From Scyliorhinus canicula (Eukaryota), in assembly GCF_902713615.1 (NCBI RefSeq), contig NC_052150.1, forward strand, positions 9,014,000-9,077,999: DNA of 64,000 nucleotides, given 5' to 3'. The stretch's first letter is position 1. Each line of letters starts with the position of its first letter. Positions 11,932 to 25,193 of the stretch are shown here, in pieces. Made by a program: the position numbers and the translations under genes. The notes beneath the pieces were generated by a model. That model saw only the letters and a list, made by a program, of their open reading frames with translations, had not been told where the DNA came from and ran no database searches.

Positions 11932-12424
11932 TTGAGCTCATTGATCTATATAGGGAGATTCTAACTAGCGGGTACACTTTAAGAATGACAGGTCTTCCTT
12001 TTAAGGAGGAGATGAGAGGAATTTCTTTCCATCAGAGGCTAACAAGTATATTAAAATCTCTTCCCCAGGCAACACCGGCACCAGACCTATTCGAGGATTG
12101 CCCTCTGGAATTGTCTCGCCGGCACAAACAGATGCCTACTATATCATATCCTGTGTACATAACGGCAAATATACTTTGTTCAAAAATCCAATAAAAAACA
12201 TTTATATATAAAAAAAATCTCTTCCCCAGAAAATAGCGGAGGTTGGGTCACCGAACACATTCAAGACCGAGTTAGATAGATTTTGGATAAACAAGGGGTC
12301 AAGGGTTATGGGGTGGGTGGGGGTGAGAGGAAGGTGGAGTTGAGACCACAGCCAAATCAGCAATGGTTTCATCTTACGGCAGGGCGGGCTCCAAGGGCCC
12401 AGGGCCAATGTCATTGCACAGGAT

Positions 12425-12700
12425 CTGAATCCAGCACTTTTTAAATTCTCATCTTTTTCCTCAAACCCCCTCCATGGCTTTGCCACTCCCTACATTTGTA
12501 ACCTCCTCCAGTCCAGCAACCAGCCAAGATATCTGTGCTCCTACAACTCTGGCCTCTTACACTTCCTCGATTTCACTGCTACTTCATATTGGCCATGATT
12601 AGGCCAGATGATCTGCAATTCCCTCCCTAAACCTCTCCACCTCTCTCGCTCCTTTAAGACGTTCTTAAAACTCACCACTTTGACAAAGCTTCTGAACAAC
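12425..12700 (+). mobile_element. L2 LINE 3' fragment
   Basis: CTCTGCTC...TCTGGCCTCTT...AATTCCCTCCCTAAACCTCTCC...TCTTAAAAC pattern shared with 31130-31760 and 21190-21400. Confidence 0.75.
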
Positions 12701-12763
12701 GGAAACATTTTAAAAGTTTTTTTTTGCTGTTTATGCTGAAGCGGCAAGTCCAGTGATTCTTAC

Positions 12764-12862
12764 CTTTCGCAAACATTGGTAAAATGTCAGGACTCCCCCA
12801 GCACCAGGTGTGTGTGCTCTCGTTAAAAACAGAATCAAATTCTACTGGGTTCTCTTTCCAAC
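12764..12862 (-). CDS. PIGN: PIGN coding exon 3 (99 bp): [33 protein letters not shown]
   Basis: cag|GT acceptor and AAG|gtaag donor; near-identical to the human peptide. Not shown in the ORF track. Confidence 0.97.
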
Positions 12863-15234
12863 CTGCAAGAAGTAAAATATTAAAGCAAGAAGCTGCACCT
12901 AATTAATTACTCAGCAAGGTACACAAACTTCTGAAATTCTGCTAACTTCGACATCACTACAGTTGCTCCTCAGGATAGTGTCCTCAGCCCAAACATCTTC
13001 AGATGCTTCATCATGGACCTTTGCTCCAACGTAGGGTCAGAAGTGGAAATGTCCACTGACCGTTGCAGTGTCCAGTACCATTCGTGACTTCTCAGTTGCC
13101 TAAGTAGTCCGTGCCCACATGGATTCCCACGGCATCGGCCCAGTCTGTCTTCTCCTCTCCAAAAGCACAAATCCTGGAACACACTGCCTGATTAGCAGGC
13201 TGCCTCAGCTTAAGTCCACTATTTAAAGGCACATTCCAATTATGAGTCCATGACCAAGAATAATAAAGTAAAACAAAAGAAATGGGAACAAAGGGAAATC
13301 AAAAGGAAGGAGCCTTAACAGTTTTAAGATTGGCTGCCATGCTTTAGTAATCTTGATTTGGCGACTGGGTGCATCAGGTTCGATGGAGCACAGAGCATCC
13401 GGCCACTAGCCCTATATTATCCCATCCTCAGTGCTCATCGAAAGGTTGCAGGTGGCTGAGCGGATGGAGAAATCTCCCCCAGCTGGGGCCTAGGCTGTGG
13501 GTTGCTTGAGCGTAGGCATGGTGGAAGTAAAGGTGCTTCGCTGGTTATGATCCTCGAGAGATTCTGTGTGTTCGTTGATCCAGCCTTGGCATCAGCCTTC
13601 TCGAGCAACATAGATGGTGTCTTTATCCTGCAATTCTTCTATAATCCTGGACGTTACTCCCTTGTGATTATGTTGCTGATTATTTATTGATGTCTCCTCT
13701 CCTGCAAGGCAGTGCGAGGTGTGAGCGTGAGGGCCAGTGTCCTCTGTTATCCTGTTCGAGCCAAATCATATTGAGTCAATTGTGTGAAATGTGGTCTGTG
13801 CACTGTTTTACTTCTTTTTGTCATTATGTGTTATAATCTTTGTGGCTTTGTGGGGCTTTATTGACACTCTTATCTCATTGATACCGAAGATGAGTGGAGC
13901 CAGTGGAGGGAGATGGGTGGATGGTGGAGTTGGATGATAGGGTTGGTTCAGTCCGCACTGAGATTGAAGATAGCCCTCCAGTTAGAGCTAACAATATTGG
14001 GTTTTTACTTTGGTCTTCTGTTATTTTGAAGAATCTCCTTCAATGGCCCAGGCAGATTATGTATCCTGAGGAGGACTGTGTTCCTTTTGACACTTCTTTG
14101 AGGTTGGGGTTTTTCCTCTGGGTCTTTTCAGAATGGGGGGATATGAGTGGTGGCGCACGCTGAGGTGGATTTGGTTAAGTGTTTGGCTGGTCTGTTAAGA
14201 GAGAGACTGGTCCCCTTTAGAACTGGGGTTTTCATGTATTTCTTTTGTAAGGGTGGGGCTAAAGAATCCGTGATTGGTTCCTGCATGGGTGCAGGTAGGG
14301 TTGGTATCCGAGGAGAGGAGACTCTGGTGTCTCAATGGTGTCTCTGGTACTGCTGAAGTTGAGGGAGATATATATTGATGTGCGCCCAAACATGGCGTGG
14401 AAAACTTATCCTAAATTCTCGTGGTAATTGCGAGCAGGCGCATCATGGGAGGGTGGGCACAATTTCACAATGTTTTCATAGCTTCATCCTGTTTCTCCTT
14501 TGGTCTCTGGTGGGGCTTAATGAGGCATCTAGCTTTGTCTACTGATTGTATCGAGCCAGTGATAATGTTGTTCTCCTGTTCCCATCCGTGTATATCGAGC
14601 TGTATTTTTCCTTGCTTACAGCAGTGCATTTATTTTGCAATTCTGCTGCGTTGTTTTCAAAAATGTAAAATCCTAATAAATATACTTTCATAAATGGATG
14701 TGCAAATTGCTGTTGCAATGCTCGACTGAGCAAGGCTGGCGGAACAGGTAACATATCACGTTTCATAATGCTGCAGATTTTAAATGGACGCAAAGTGAGG
14801 TTGTTACGAAATAAGGCTAAAACGTCCAGATAATGACGGTTTATATTTTCACAAAACAGCTCAAAGGTTGCTCAGATAAACTTTATAGAGTATGGCATCC
14901 TTAAACCTGAAAGATGACAATGAGACACGTGTGCAATTTAGTTGCCTTAATACTGGGCAATAAATATTAATTTGCACAGCCAGATGCAGAGTAAACTGTA
15001 ATTTACTAACCAACTAAAGAAGTCACAAATAACACCCACATTATTAACAGACCTAAGTGATAATCACCTCATGGGGGAGGGGGTTATTCTTTGTATTCAC
15101 ATTTCGCATTCATTAATTTTCTTTATAATTCATACTTTGGTGTTTAACGAGATCACTTTGGAGCTTGCAGAAAAGGAAACAATTATAATCTGCAAGCCAA
15201 ATGCAAATATACAAATTAATTAAGTACTGCCTAC

Positions 15235-15356
15235 CTTTAGCAACAGCACTGACGTCTTCATAAAACCCTGCAATCAGAGCCACATGACCAGGTCTGGATT
15301 CAGTAGGAACCCGCGTGTGGGACACACCCCAACTTCCACTCTGCTCCACCACATTC
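15235..15356 (-). CDS. PIGN: PIGN coding exon 2 (122 bp): [40 protein letters not shown]
   Basis: cag|G acceptor and AAG|gtagg donor; contains the PTESRPGH catalytic-site motif (alkaline-phosphatase superfamily). Confidence 0.98.
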
Positions 15357-16415
15357 CTGCATGCACAAAAACAACTTACAGAATCAGGCATGCAAGAAGC
15401 AGGACATGGGTTTGGTTCGATACTTTTCACATTCATTTTAAAAACTGCTACGTGATTAATATTATTTTTTAAAAACTAAGAATAATCTGTTGTGTTCAGA
15501 GTGCACCTGGAGAAGCCAAGTGAATCTAACAATGAGGATCATACCAAACCATTAATGAACACCTTCTTTATCTCCTTCATCTTCCCCGACCTATCTGGCA
15601 ACACCAGATTGGCCACTGCTATTTACAATCCCATGCCACATGTTGCACATCCCAGTACATGGGAAATCGCACCAAATCCCTTCTCCGCTTGCCTGATCTG
15701 GCCGCTGGGGTGATCTTAGAGGATCGAGACAAGAGGAGCAAATTAATTTTTCAAATTTCACCACCAAACTGGTAATTTGCCTTATTTGCTATCGGTCAGG
15801 CCTTTGTCCAGATGAACTAAACATCACATTTGCCCACAAAGTAACAGCGTCTTTGAGTCCAAGTTTCAGCCAGTGGAAAATCCTGCGATCTTTGCCACAT
15901 GAAACAAACCTAATTTACTATCTCTGCAGGCAGCAGAAAAAGGAGAGTTCCTGCTGCCAATCTGTGCTACATTTGAATTCACTGCATTATTTAGTCCCCA
16001 AATAACTTTGTTTTATGATATCTATATTTCCACAGAGTGGCTCATTTCAGTATGTGGGGCTGCAGCAACAAAGCTGGAATTTATTGGCTAATCTGTGATC
16101 TGCTTTCTCACAGTTATTGATGCCACACCATGTCTACACTGTTTGTTTCTTCTTGCAGCTCGTGGTTCAATCCAACTGAAAAAAAATGTATCTATAATAA
16201 GATAACGTTGAGTGTGTTTCCTCCAAATAAAAATCACAAATTTCTCCCTTTTTATGAAATGTGGGTTCTACCTTAGCCTCAACCAATTGGACATTATTCA
16301 TGTGGAAACCTTATCAAAAACAGCGCGAGGCCATTTGATTGGAAGAAATGTTACTGCTGAGCACACCTTCAACAGGTCAGGAGTCAGAACCTTATCAAAT
16401 GTCCACAGACAAAAT

Positions 16416-17046
16416 GGGCTGGATTTTCCACAGCCCGATGCTGTATTCGCGGCTGACGCCAAGGCGGAGTATCCAATATGATGCCATAATCGGGCCCGGC
16501 GCCAGTTCGGCGATTCTCCGGCCACCGCAAATCGGCGCCACCCGGGCGTACGCCGCGCCGCCAGGGGCCCATTGCCAGAAGCCCGCTCAGCAATCCTCCG
16601 ACCCTGACCGGCCAAGTTCCCAATGGTGTGGAACTAACCTGCTCGCGTGGCGGCTGCGGACTCAGTCAGCGGCCGTCCTGTTTGGAGCAGGCAGATCAGA
16701 GACCGGGGGGGGGCCTCATAGGCGGCCGGGGACTTAATGTGCAGGCATTGAGGGTCGGGCGTGCAGCTGATTAGGGGATCTCTTTCTTCGGTCTGGCTGC
16801 ACAGTCCGAGTCCGCCATGGAGCACGGCGTGGCCGCTGGAGACAGCCGCCGTGCGCATGGGCGGCCTCTGACCCGGAAGTGCGGGGGCCCATATCTGCAG
16901 CAAAAACTGCGAGATTTACTCCGGGTCCCTGTTAGCACCCTGCAGGGCTGAGAATTTGTTTCACTTTTTTTGCAGGAATTTCAGGAGTAAAACCCTGTTT
17001 TGACGCCAGCGTGGGGACATGGTCTGAATAATGGAGAATCCAGCCC
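16416..17046. mobile_element. Non-autonomous PIF/Harbinger-type DNA transposon (631 bp)
   Basis: TIRs GGGCTGGATTTTCCA / TGGAGAATCCAGCCC; 3-bp TSD AAT (16413-16415 and 17047-17049); CpG-rich interior. Confidence 0.85.
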
Positions 17047-17715
17047 AATGTGTTTCTGGCAGAATAGACAGCACTCCTGAGGCAATCCCAAAAATCAAAG
17101 AAGTGGATAAAATATTTTAAACTTTTACGTCACTGTACAACAAATAAACGTAATAATAAAACATAAAACACACACATAATTGAAAGCTGTGTGTGCATGG
17201 AAGGAATAATCTCAAGCTAGAAATAAAGTATTTGATCTAAGACAATTCTGGGACTTTCTTCCAATCTCATTTATGTGGAAGGCACATCACAGAAACAGGT
17301 CATTTGGCCCATCAAGTCCATGCTGGTACTGATTCTCCACATGGCCTTCTTCATAGCTCTCTTCGGTTAAAGGTGAGCTCAGCTGTAACATTTCTTTTAA
17401 TCAAATTGCCTTGCTCTGCTTTTGTTAAGATTTCCACATAAATAACACCTGCTATTTCTTTCTATCTCCCGAAAATGCATTTTTGCTATTTACCTCAACT
17501 GTTCCTTGTGACAGTGAGTTCCACTTCCGCAGCACTCTCTGGGTATAAAAAGTTTCTCTTGAATTCCTACAGGATTTACTAGTGACGGACTGGTGCCTTT
17601 CCTCTTTTGGGGAAGAATAAAAAAGAAACATCTTCTCAATGTTAACCCAATAAAAACCTTCCATAATCCCAATGACATGGTTTTTTAAAAAAGTGCTCCA
17701 CGTCATTGCTCCTAC

Positions 17716-17936
17716 CGGAGAAATGGCGAACGTGTTTGTCCATTCTCATCCAGCTCAAACAAGGTGTCTGCACGCAACCCATCAGCAACAAAGAGGACAA
17801 GACGCTGAGCCGGTGGTGTTAGTGCCGTTCGATGAGGAGTCATTCCATGTACCAGGGGAGAGGTGAAATAGATGTCGAAAATGGAGGCAAAGAAAATGAG
17901 ATGCACAAGCAAACCCATCAGGAAGAACGTCAGCAT
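17716..17936 (-). CDS. PIGN: PIGN first coding exon (221 coding bp; exon probably starts at 17976 after ttttcag): [32 protein letters not shown]...[13 protein letters not shown]...PFLR
   Basis: Clear PIG-N N-terminus (TM helix, [27 protein letters not shown]); CG|gtagg donor; phase 2 matches the next exon. Confidence 0.98.
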
Positions 17937-18411
17937 GTTTGCAAACTAAAATCCGATCACTTCATTCCAGGAAAAACTGAAAAGCAAACAGAAGCATGGG
18001 AATATTTTAGCAGTTCGCTTGGGAGTGGGTAAATTTCTGACAGAGCTGAATCCTTTCGCTCGCAACCTCAAACTGGCATTGTTTTATAATAATTACAGTT
18101 TAAATCGTCCGTTCTAACATGCGCAGGTATTCATCAACCTCTCAATTCTTGTGAGCCTTTTGGATATGATAGTTCCTCACAGCTTAACTATTTTTGGGGA
18201 AAGAATGCTTGCAATAAGAAATATCTCATGGAAAATAAGGTCTTTTAGTATTCATTTTCAAAAAAATGGTTAACTATAGGTTACTGGCTCTGAAATTTGT
18301 AATTCATTTTTAAGGTTTCAGTTTTACGTCACAGGAAAATCATTTCTCCACCCATTTCTCATACTTAAAGTCTAAAAGAAACCAAATAATAAATAAAACA
18401 TGAAAAATATT

Positions 18412-19044
18412 GGACAGGATTCTGCAATAATGGGGCAATGTCCCCACGCCAGAGTGAAAAGCTGCAGCAACTGCCCCCAATAATGGGGAATACTCCCCCT
18501 CCTCGGGGGCTAGGTCGGTGCCGGAGTGGTACCCACAGCTCCAGCCGGCGCGGAATTGCCGGCGTGATTCCCCGCATGCGTGCTACGGCCAGCGTGATTC
18601 CGCGCGTGCACGGGGGGTTCCTTTTTTCGCGCCGGCCTCCGGGCAATATGGCGGAGCCCAACAGGGGCCCGGCACGGAGGAACATAAGCCCCCACGGAAC
18701 CAGTCCGCCGATCGGTATCCCCGGCCGCGGGCCAGGCCACTGTGCACCCCCCCCCCGGGGGTCGGATCACCCACCTCCCCCTCCCTCCAGGACGGCCCCT
18801 GCAGACACATCTTCCAGGTCCTGCCAAGTAGGACCTGAGTAGCCCACACCGGCGGGACTCGGCTGAACTTGGCAGCCACTCGGCCCATCGGGGCCCGGAT
18901 AATCGCCGGGGGGGGGGGGGGGAGACTTTCAACGGAATCCCGTGGGTGCCCGAAAATCGGCGGGGGCGATTCGGGAAGCCGGCATTGGGGCGTGATCCCC
19001 CCCGAGGATTCTCCGACCTGCCGCGGGGTCGGAGAATCCCAGCC
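18412..19044. mobile_element. Non-autonomous PIF/Harbinger-type DNA transposon (633 bp)
   Basis: Imperfect TIRs GGACAGGATTCTGC / GGAGAATCCCAGCC; 3-bp TSD ATT (18409-18411 and 19045-19047); very CpG-rich. Confidence 0.8.
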
Positions 19045-19444
19045 ATTATTTCTTCATTATTTGATCAACTATGGTTGTTCCAATGGCACCCATGGCTGAG
19101 ATTTCTATGTGTCACACGTCCTCCTTAACCTGGTTTTCCTCAGCCCGGGGTTGCAGAGTCAATTGTAGGACGACCAGGACTGCTGTCCCAGTTCAGATCA
19201 ACTAACTTAAAACAGAAATCAAACGTGGGACTATCTGATAGGTATCGATCATCTGAGCACAGCATAGAGTGTATTTACTCATTGAACCAGGAGATAAATA
19301 TATTGAAGTCATTCTTGATTTCTTCAAATACCGCCAATCAAAGTGGACATTTCCTTGAAGACTCCCAGCGTGACAGAACAAAGAGTTTCAATTCCCTCTT
19401 TCGGTCCTCAGTGTGAAATGACAATATATTCACAGAGATACACA

Positions 19445-19745
19445 TAATAATAATCATCCTTATTGTCACAAGTAGGCTTACATTAACATTGCAATGAGGT
19501 TACTGTGAAAATCCCCTAATCGCCACATTCCAGCATCTGTTCAGGTACACAGAGGGAGAATTCAGAATGTCCAATTCACCTAACAGCACGTCTTTCGGGA
19601 GTTGTGGGAAGAAACCGGAGCACCCGGAGGAAACCCACGCAAACACGGGGAGAACGTGTAGACTCCGCACAGAGTGACCCAAGCCGGGAATCGAACCTGG
19701 GACCCTGGTGCTGTGAAGCAACAGTGCTAACCACGGTGCTACCGA
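19445..19745 (-). mobile_element. V-SINE with the alternative tail (...CACAGTAAC...CTACTTGTGACAATAA)
   Basis: tRNA head plus V-domain plus a tail shared with 24141, 29989, 37980 and 62137. Confidence 0.9.
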
Positions 19746-20039
19746 GTCACCCTATACTAAACGCATTATAAATGTGCACCTCCCAACACAACAACAGCTT
19801 CACTCTGTCCATATTTATATATAATTAGTTTGGGTAAACTGGTGAACCTGTTCCTATTTATAGATTTTGCCCTGCACAAGGATCTGCTGGGATTTGAACA
19901 CAATATCACCTGTTCACCGGTTGGCGCTTTAACCAACAAAGTCAGAGAGTCAAATGGGCTGTTCCTATTCACAGGAGCACAAGTGAGTCCCCAGTTAATG
20001 TGCATTACCAGGTTAGAAATGAATGCAATTAGAGTAAGG

Positions 20040-21180
20040 GTTTTACAGCACAGCAGAGGCCCTTCGTGTCCACGCTGACCATTAAGTACCTATCTACTCG
20101 AATCCTATTCTCCAGCACTCAGCCTGTAGCCGTGCATGCTGTGGCGTTTTAAGGGCTCATCTGAATACTTTTTACATGTTGTGAGGGTTCCCATCTCTAC
20201 CATCTTTCAGGCAGCAAGTTCCAGATAACAACCGCCCTCTGGGTGAAAACGTTTTTCCTCACATCCCCTCTAAACCTCTATGCACCCTGGTTACTGCTCA
20301 CTCCGCGAAGGGGAAACGTTCTTTCCTATTCACTCTATCAGAGCCCCTCATAATCTTAGGCACCTCAATCAGTAACCCCCCCCCCGCCTTCTCTGCTTTA
20401 AAGAACACCCTGGCCTATCCAATTTCTCTTAATAGCTGAAACACTGCAGCCCAGGCAACATCCTGGTGAATCTCCTTTGCACCCTCTCTCTCATGCAATC
20501 ACTTCCTACAGTGTGGCGACCAGAACTGCGCACAGTACTCCAGTTGTGGCCTAACCAGAGTTTTATACAGGTCTATCATAACCTCCTTGCTCTCATATTC
20601 TATGCCTTGTCTAATAAAGGCAAGTATCCTGTATGCCATTTATTACATTTTTAAATATAAATTTAAAATGCCCAATTCTTTTTTTCCCAATTAAAGGGCA
20701 ATTTAGCATGGCTTGCACATCTTTGGGTCGTGGAGGTGAGACCCACACAGACACGGGGAGAATGTGCAAACTCCACAAGGACAGTGACCCGTGGCCGGGA
20801 TCAAATCCGGGTCCTCGGCACAAGGCAGCAGTGCTAACCACTGTGCCACGTGCCGCCCCCTCCCATATGCCTTCTTAACCACCTTATCTACTTGCCCTGC
20901 TGTCTTCAGGGATCTATGGGCATGCACACCAAGGTCCCTTTGATCCTCTGCACTTCCCCGGGCTCTACCGTTCATTGTATATTCCCTTGTCTGGTTAGTT
21001 CTTCCAAAATGCACTACGTCAAACTTTGCAGGGTTAAATTCTTTTTACCACTGCTCTTCCCAGCTAACCATCTAATTGTCCTGTCATCCAAGATTTTTCT
21101 CCTCACTGTTTACCACACCACCAGCTTTTGTGTCATCTGCAACCTTACTGATCATATCTCCTACATTCACATCCAGCTCA
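20040..21180 (-). mobile_element. CR1 LINE 3' region with a nested V-SINE (20648-20858, minus)
   Basis: ORF 20703-21014 (MHFGRTN...YTMNG...QRDLGVHAHRSLK...QVDKVVKKAYG) is typical CR1 RT C-terminus. Confidence 0.9.
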
Positions 21181-21563
21181 TTAATGCAGAGAATTTAGCA
21201 CTACGCTCTGGATTTCTCGCCTAAACTTTTCCTCCTCTTAAGTCACTTCTTAAAACCTACCTTTCTGAACAGACCTTTTTGGTCATCTGCCCCAGTATCG
21301 CCTTCTGTGGCTTGGTGTCAACATTTTCTTTTATAGTGCCTATGTGAAGTGCCTTGCAATGTCTGATTATGCGAAAGGCGTTTTATAAATGCAAGTTGTA
21401 GTTGGCGGCCTAAAATAATTTGCATTTATCTGGCACCTGTCGCAGCCACAGGACATTCTAAAGTGCTTCATAACAGATTTGACTACTTTTTGAAGTTCAG
21501 TTCAATGTTCCAATATGCAAAAAATAATATACATTGAAGATTTAAAAGCATCACTTCAATATA

Positions 21564-21706
21564 ATGATGAGGAGATGCCGGTGTTGGACTGGGGTGAGCA
21601 CAGTAAGAAGTCTTACAACACCAGGTTAAAGTCCAACAGGTTTGTTTTGAATCACTAGCTTGCGGAGTACAGCTCTATAAAGTCACACTGGAATCCCAGG
21701 TGAGCA
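21564..21706. mobile_element. Truncated, rearranged copy of the Penelope-type hairpin repeat (left arm only)
   Basis: ATGATGAGGAGATGCCGGTGTTGGACTGGGGTGAGCACAGTAAGAAGTCTTACAACACCAGGTTAAAGTCC closely matches 51731-51801. Confidence 0.85.
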
Positions 21707-22904
21707 CTATAAAGTCACATTGGAATCCCTTTGATGGAAAAAGTGGATGGAACTTCCGAAAGGCATCATACAGGTGTGCTTCAACTTGAACCTCTGTCAA
21801 TGATAACCTGGGACACACCCACTAATCTTGGCTGCAAAAAATATCTGAACAGCACAACATGTAACAAAGAGAAATAGACAAAATGTTGCTAGGATTTAGA
21901 CTGAGAAGAATTGACACATATAGGCAACACATACCAGTGTGGTATATACGCACATTAATGGATGTTAGTCAGTTAGTCTGTTAGTCAGAATAGACAGAAC
22001 TACAAAGGATGAGGAAATCTGGGAATTTGGTAAGACGGATGAATTTGAGGTTTAGCATGACTTAGATTAAATTTTGTGGTTTGATATTGTGAAAATGCTC
22101 ACATAGCTACATAATTAAATATTTGGATAAACAAAACCTATTGCAATTCATCTTGAAAAGGAACAGCAGATACTGTCATCGGAGCACATGTCTGTGCTCC
22201 ACATGGGTCTCCTTCCACCGTACCACCATAACATCTATTCATTTGTTCATCTTGCTCTCACTTAACTACATCCACTTGCTACAGAGCAAGTTTCACATCG
22301 TAACCACCCTTCGTTAAAAAAGATTTATCCAGAATCCCTTTGGAGAATAGGAATAGGAGGATATTATTTAGCCCCTCGAGCCTGTTCCACTCATCAACGA
22401 GATCCTGCCTGATCTGCAACCTACGCCCACACACCCACCTTTGCCTCCTATCCTTTAATACCGTTGATCAATCTCAGATTTAAAATTAATTGATCTTGAT
22501 CAAATGCCATTTGCACAAGAGTTCCAAACTAGTGCCACATTTTGTGCGAAGTGTTTCTTTATTTCAGTCCTGAATGGTCTGGTTCAGACCCTGCCCCTTA
22601 GTCCTGCACTCCCCAACCAGCAGAAAGTTTCTCTCCATCTACCCTAACCGTTCCCTTTAAATATATTGAAAACTTCCCGGAATCTGCTAAATTCCAGGAA
22701 ATCAAACCCTATCTCCCGAATTCAGTCGTGGCCATTAATTTAAGTGCAGCAATCTTGTCCATATCTACCAAACAAAAGTCAGCATAATATTCGAGAACTC
22801 TCATCAGCTCTTTCCAGATAGTTGTACTTAAAGACCTTTCAGGCTTTGCACATCTGGTTCACGAATGCCCTGTAGAGTTAGAAATCTGGCCATTTTAAAT
22901 TGTC

Positions 22905-24910
22905 CGAAGCAAGAACAGTGCATCAGCGGTGGAGGGAGTGAATGTTGAAGGTGGTGAATGAGATGCCAATCAAGCTGCTTTGGCCTGGTTAGTGTTGAGC
23001 TTCTGGAGTATTGTTGGATCTGCCAGGTGTGTGGGGAATATTCCACTACACTGCTGACTTGTGCCCTGTAGATGGTGAACAGGCTTTGGGGGGTCAGGAG
23101 GTGAGTTATTCACCCCAGGATTCCCAGCCTCTGACCTGATCATGTAGCCACAGTTTTTATATGGCTTGTCTTGTTCAGTTTCTGGTCAATGATAATCCCC
23201 CAGGAAGGTGATAGTGGGGGAATTCAGCTAAGGTAATGCCACTGAATGTCAAAGGGTGATGGTTAGATCTCCACCAATATGAGATGGTCATTGCCTGGCA
23301 TGCGTGCGGCGTGAATGTTACATCCACTTATTAGCCTTAGCAGGAAGTCAGAATATTGCCCAGCTCTTGCTGCATTTGGACATGGACTGCTTCAGTATCC
23401 AAGGGGTTGTGACTGCTGAACACTGTGCAATCATCAGTGAACATCCCCACTTCTGACCATATGATGGAGGGATGGTCATTGATGAAACAGTGAAGATAGT
23501 TGAGCCTAGGACAGTACCCTGAAGGACTCTTGTAGTGGTGTCCCAGAACTGCGAAAATTGACCTCCAACCACCATCTTCCTTTGTGCTAGATATGAATCC
23601 AACTAGTTGAGCTTTCCCAGATTCCCACTGACTTGTGCTCCTTGATACCACAGTCGGTCAAATTCTGCCTTGAGTCAAGGGCAGTCACTCTTACCACACC
23701 TCTCAAGTTCAGCTCTTTTGTCCATGTTGGCACCAAGGCTGTAATGAGGTGAAGAGCTGAGTGACCCTGGGAGACCCCATATTGAGCGTCAGTAAGCAGG
23801 TTTTTTTCTGAGTAAGTGCAACACTGTCAACAACACTTTCCATCATTTTACGGATGATCAAGAGAAAACTGATGAGGTGATAAGTGGCCAAGTTGGATTT
23901 GTCCTGCATTTTGTTGACAGGACATTACTGGGCAATTTTTCCCATTGATCTAGCTGCATGGGAACAGCTTGCCAAAAGTTGCAGCTAGTTCTGGAGCATA
24001 AGTCTTCAGACTATGCCAGAATATTATCAGGACCCATATCCGTTCCAATATCCAGTGCGTTCAACCATTTTTGATGTCATGCGCAGTAAATCAAATTGGC
24101 TGAGATCTACAGTGGTGATGTGGATCTCCGGAGGAGACCGAGCGCCAGGCTACCAGGTTCGATTCCTTGTTTGGGTCACTGTGTGTGCGGAGTCTACACG
24201 TTCTCCCCGTGTCTGCATGTGTTTCCTCCAGGTGCTCCAGTTTCCTCCCACAAGTCCCAAAAGACAAACTCGTTAGGTCATTTGGACATTCTGAATTCTC
24301 CCTCAGTGTACCCGAACAGGCGTCGGAAAGTGGTGACTAGTGGCTTTTCACAGGAACTTCATTGTAGTGTTAATGTAAGCCTACTTGTGACAATAAAGAT
24401 TATTATTTATTTTTTAAAATTTTAGATAGATAACCACTCGGCACACATAGTTGAAGATAGCTCCAAATGCTTCAGTCTTGTCTTTTGCACTGATGTGCTG
24501 GGCTTCCTCGTCACTGAGAATGAGGATATTTGTGGAGCCTCCCCCGCCAGTTAGTTGTTTAATTGTCCAGCAGCATTTGTGACTGGATGTGGCAGGACCT
24601 CAAGAGCTTACATCTGATCCAGTGATTGTGGGATCATTTAGTTATATCCATCATATTCTGCTTCCGCTTTTTGTCATGCAAGTAGCCGGTTATAACGTCA
24701 CCAGGTTGACACCTCACTTTTCGGTTTGTCTGGTGTTGCTCCTGTCATGCCCTCCTTCACTCTTCATTGAACCATGGCTGATCCCCTGGCTTGATGGTAA
24801 TGGTAGAGTGAGGGATATTGCAGGCCATGAGGTTACAGATTGTGGCTGTATACCATTCTGCTGTTGCAGTTTTGTGTTGCTACATCAGATTGAAATCTAT
24901 CTTATTTAGC
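22905..24910 (-). mobile_element. CR1-group LINE family A, ~2-kb degenerate ORF2, with a nested V-SINE (24141-24415, plus)
   Basis: Minus ORFs SYLAQRKMVV...VLQGTVLG, FINDHPSII..EVGMFTDDCTVF (RT FADD motif), DKSNLATYHLISFL. Confidence 0.9.
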
Positions 24911-25019
24911 AGGGTTGTAGTGGCACGCAACATAATACCTTAATGTTAATTAAGGAATCTTGTGCCCATAGTAAGCAAACAAATTAAAATGCTTACAAAA
25001 AAATATTTTGAATGAAAAA

Positions 25020-25193
25020 AAATGAAATGAAAATCGCTTATTGTCACGAGTAGGCTTCAATGAAGTTACTGTGAAAAGCCCCTAGTCGCCACATTCCGGC
25101 ACCTGTCCGGGGAGGCTGGTACGGGAATCGAACCGTGCTGCTGGCCTGCTTTTAAAAGCCAGCGATTTAGCTGAGTGCGCTAAACCAGCCCCT
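25020..25193 (-). mobile_element. Short tRNA-derived SINE (different head, tail ...CTTTTCACAGTAACTTCATTGAAGCCTACTCGTGACAATAAG)
   Basis: A/B-box-like head GGGGCTGGTTTAGC...GGTTCGATTCCC; other copies at 55790-55955 and 60395-60551. Confidence 0.85.

Noticed and set aside
11290-19128. Many Gly/Pro/Arg-rich ORFs at 11.3-11.9, 16.3-16.9 and 18.4-19.1 kb
   Set aside because: They coincide with GC-rich non-autonomous transposons and show no transposase motifs.
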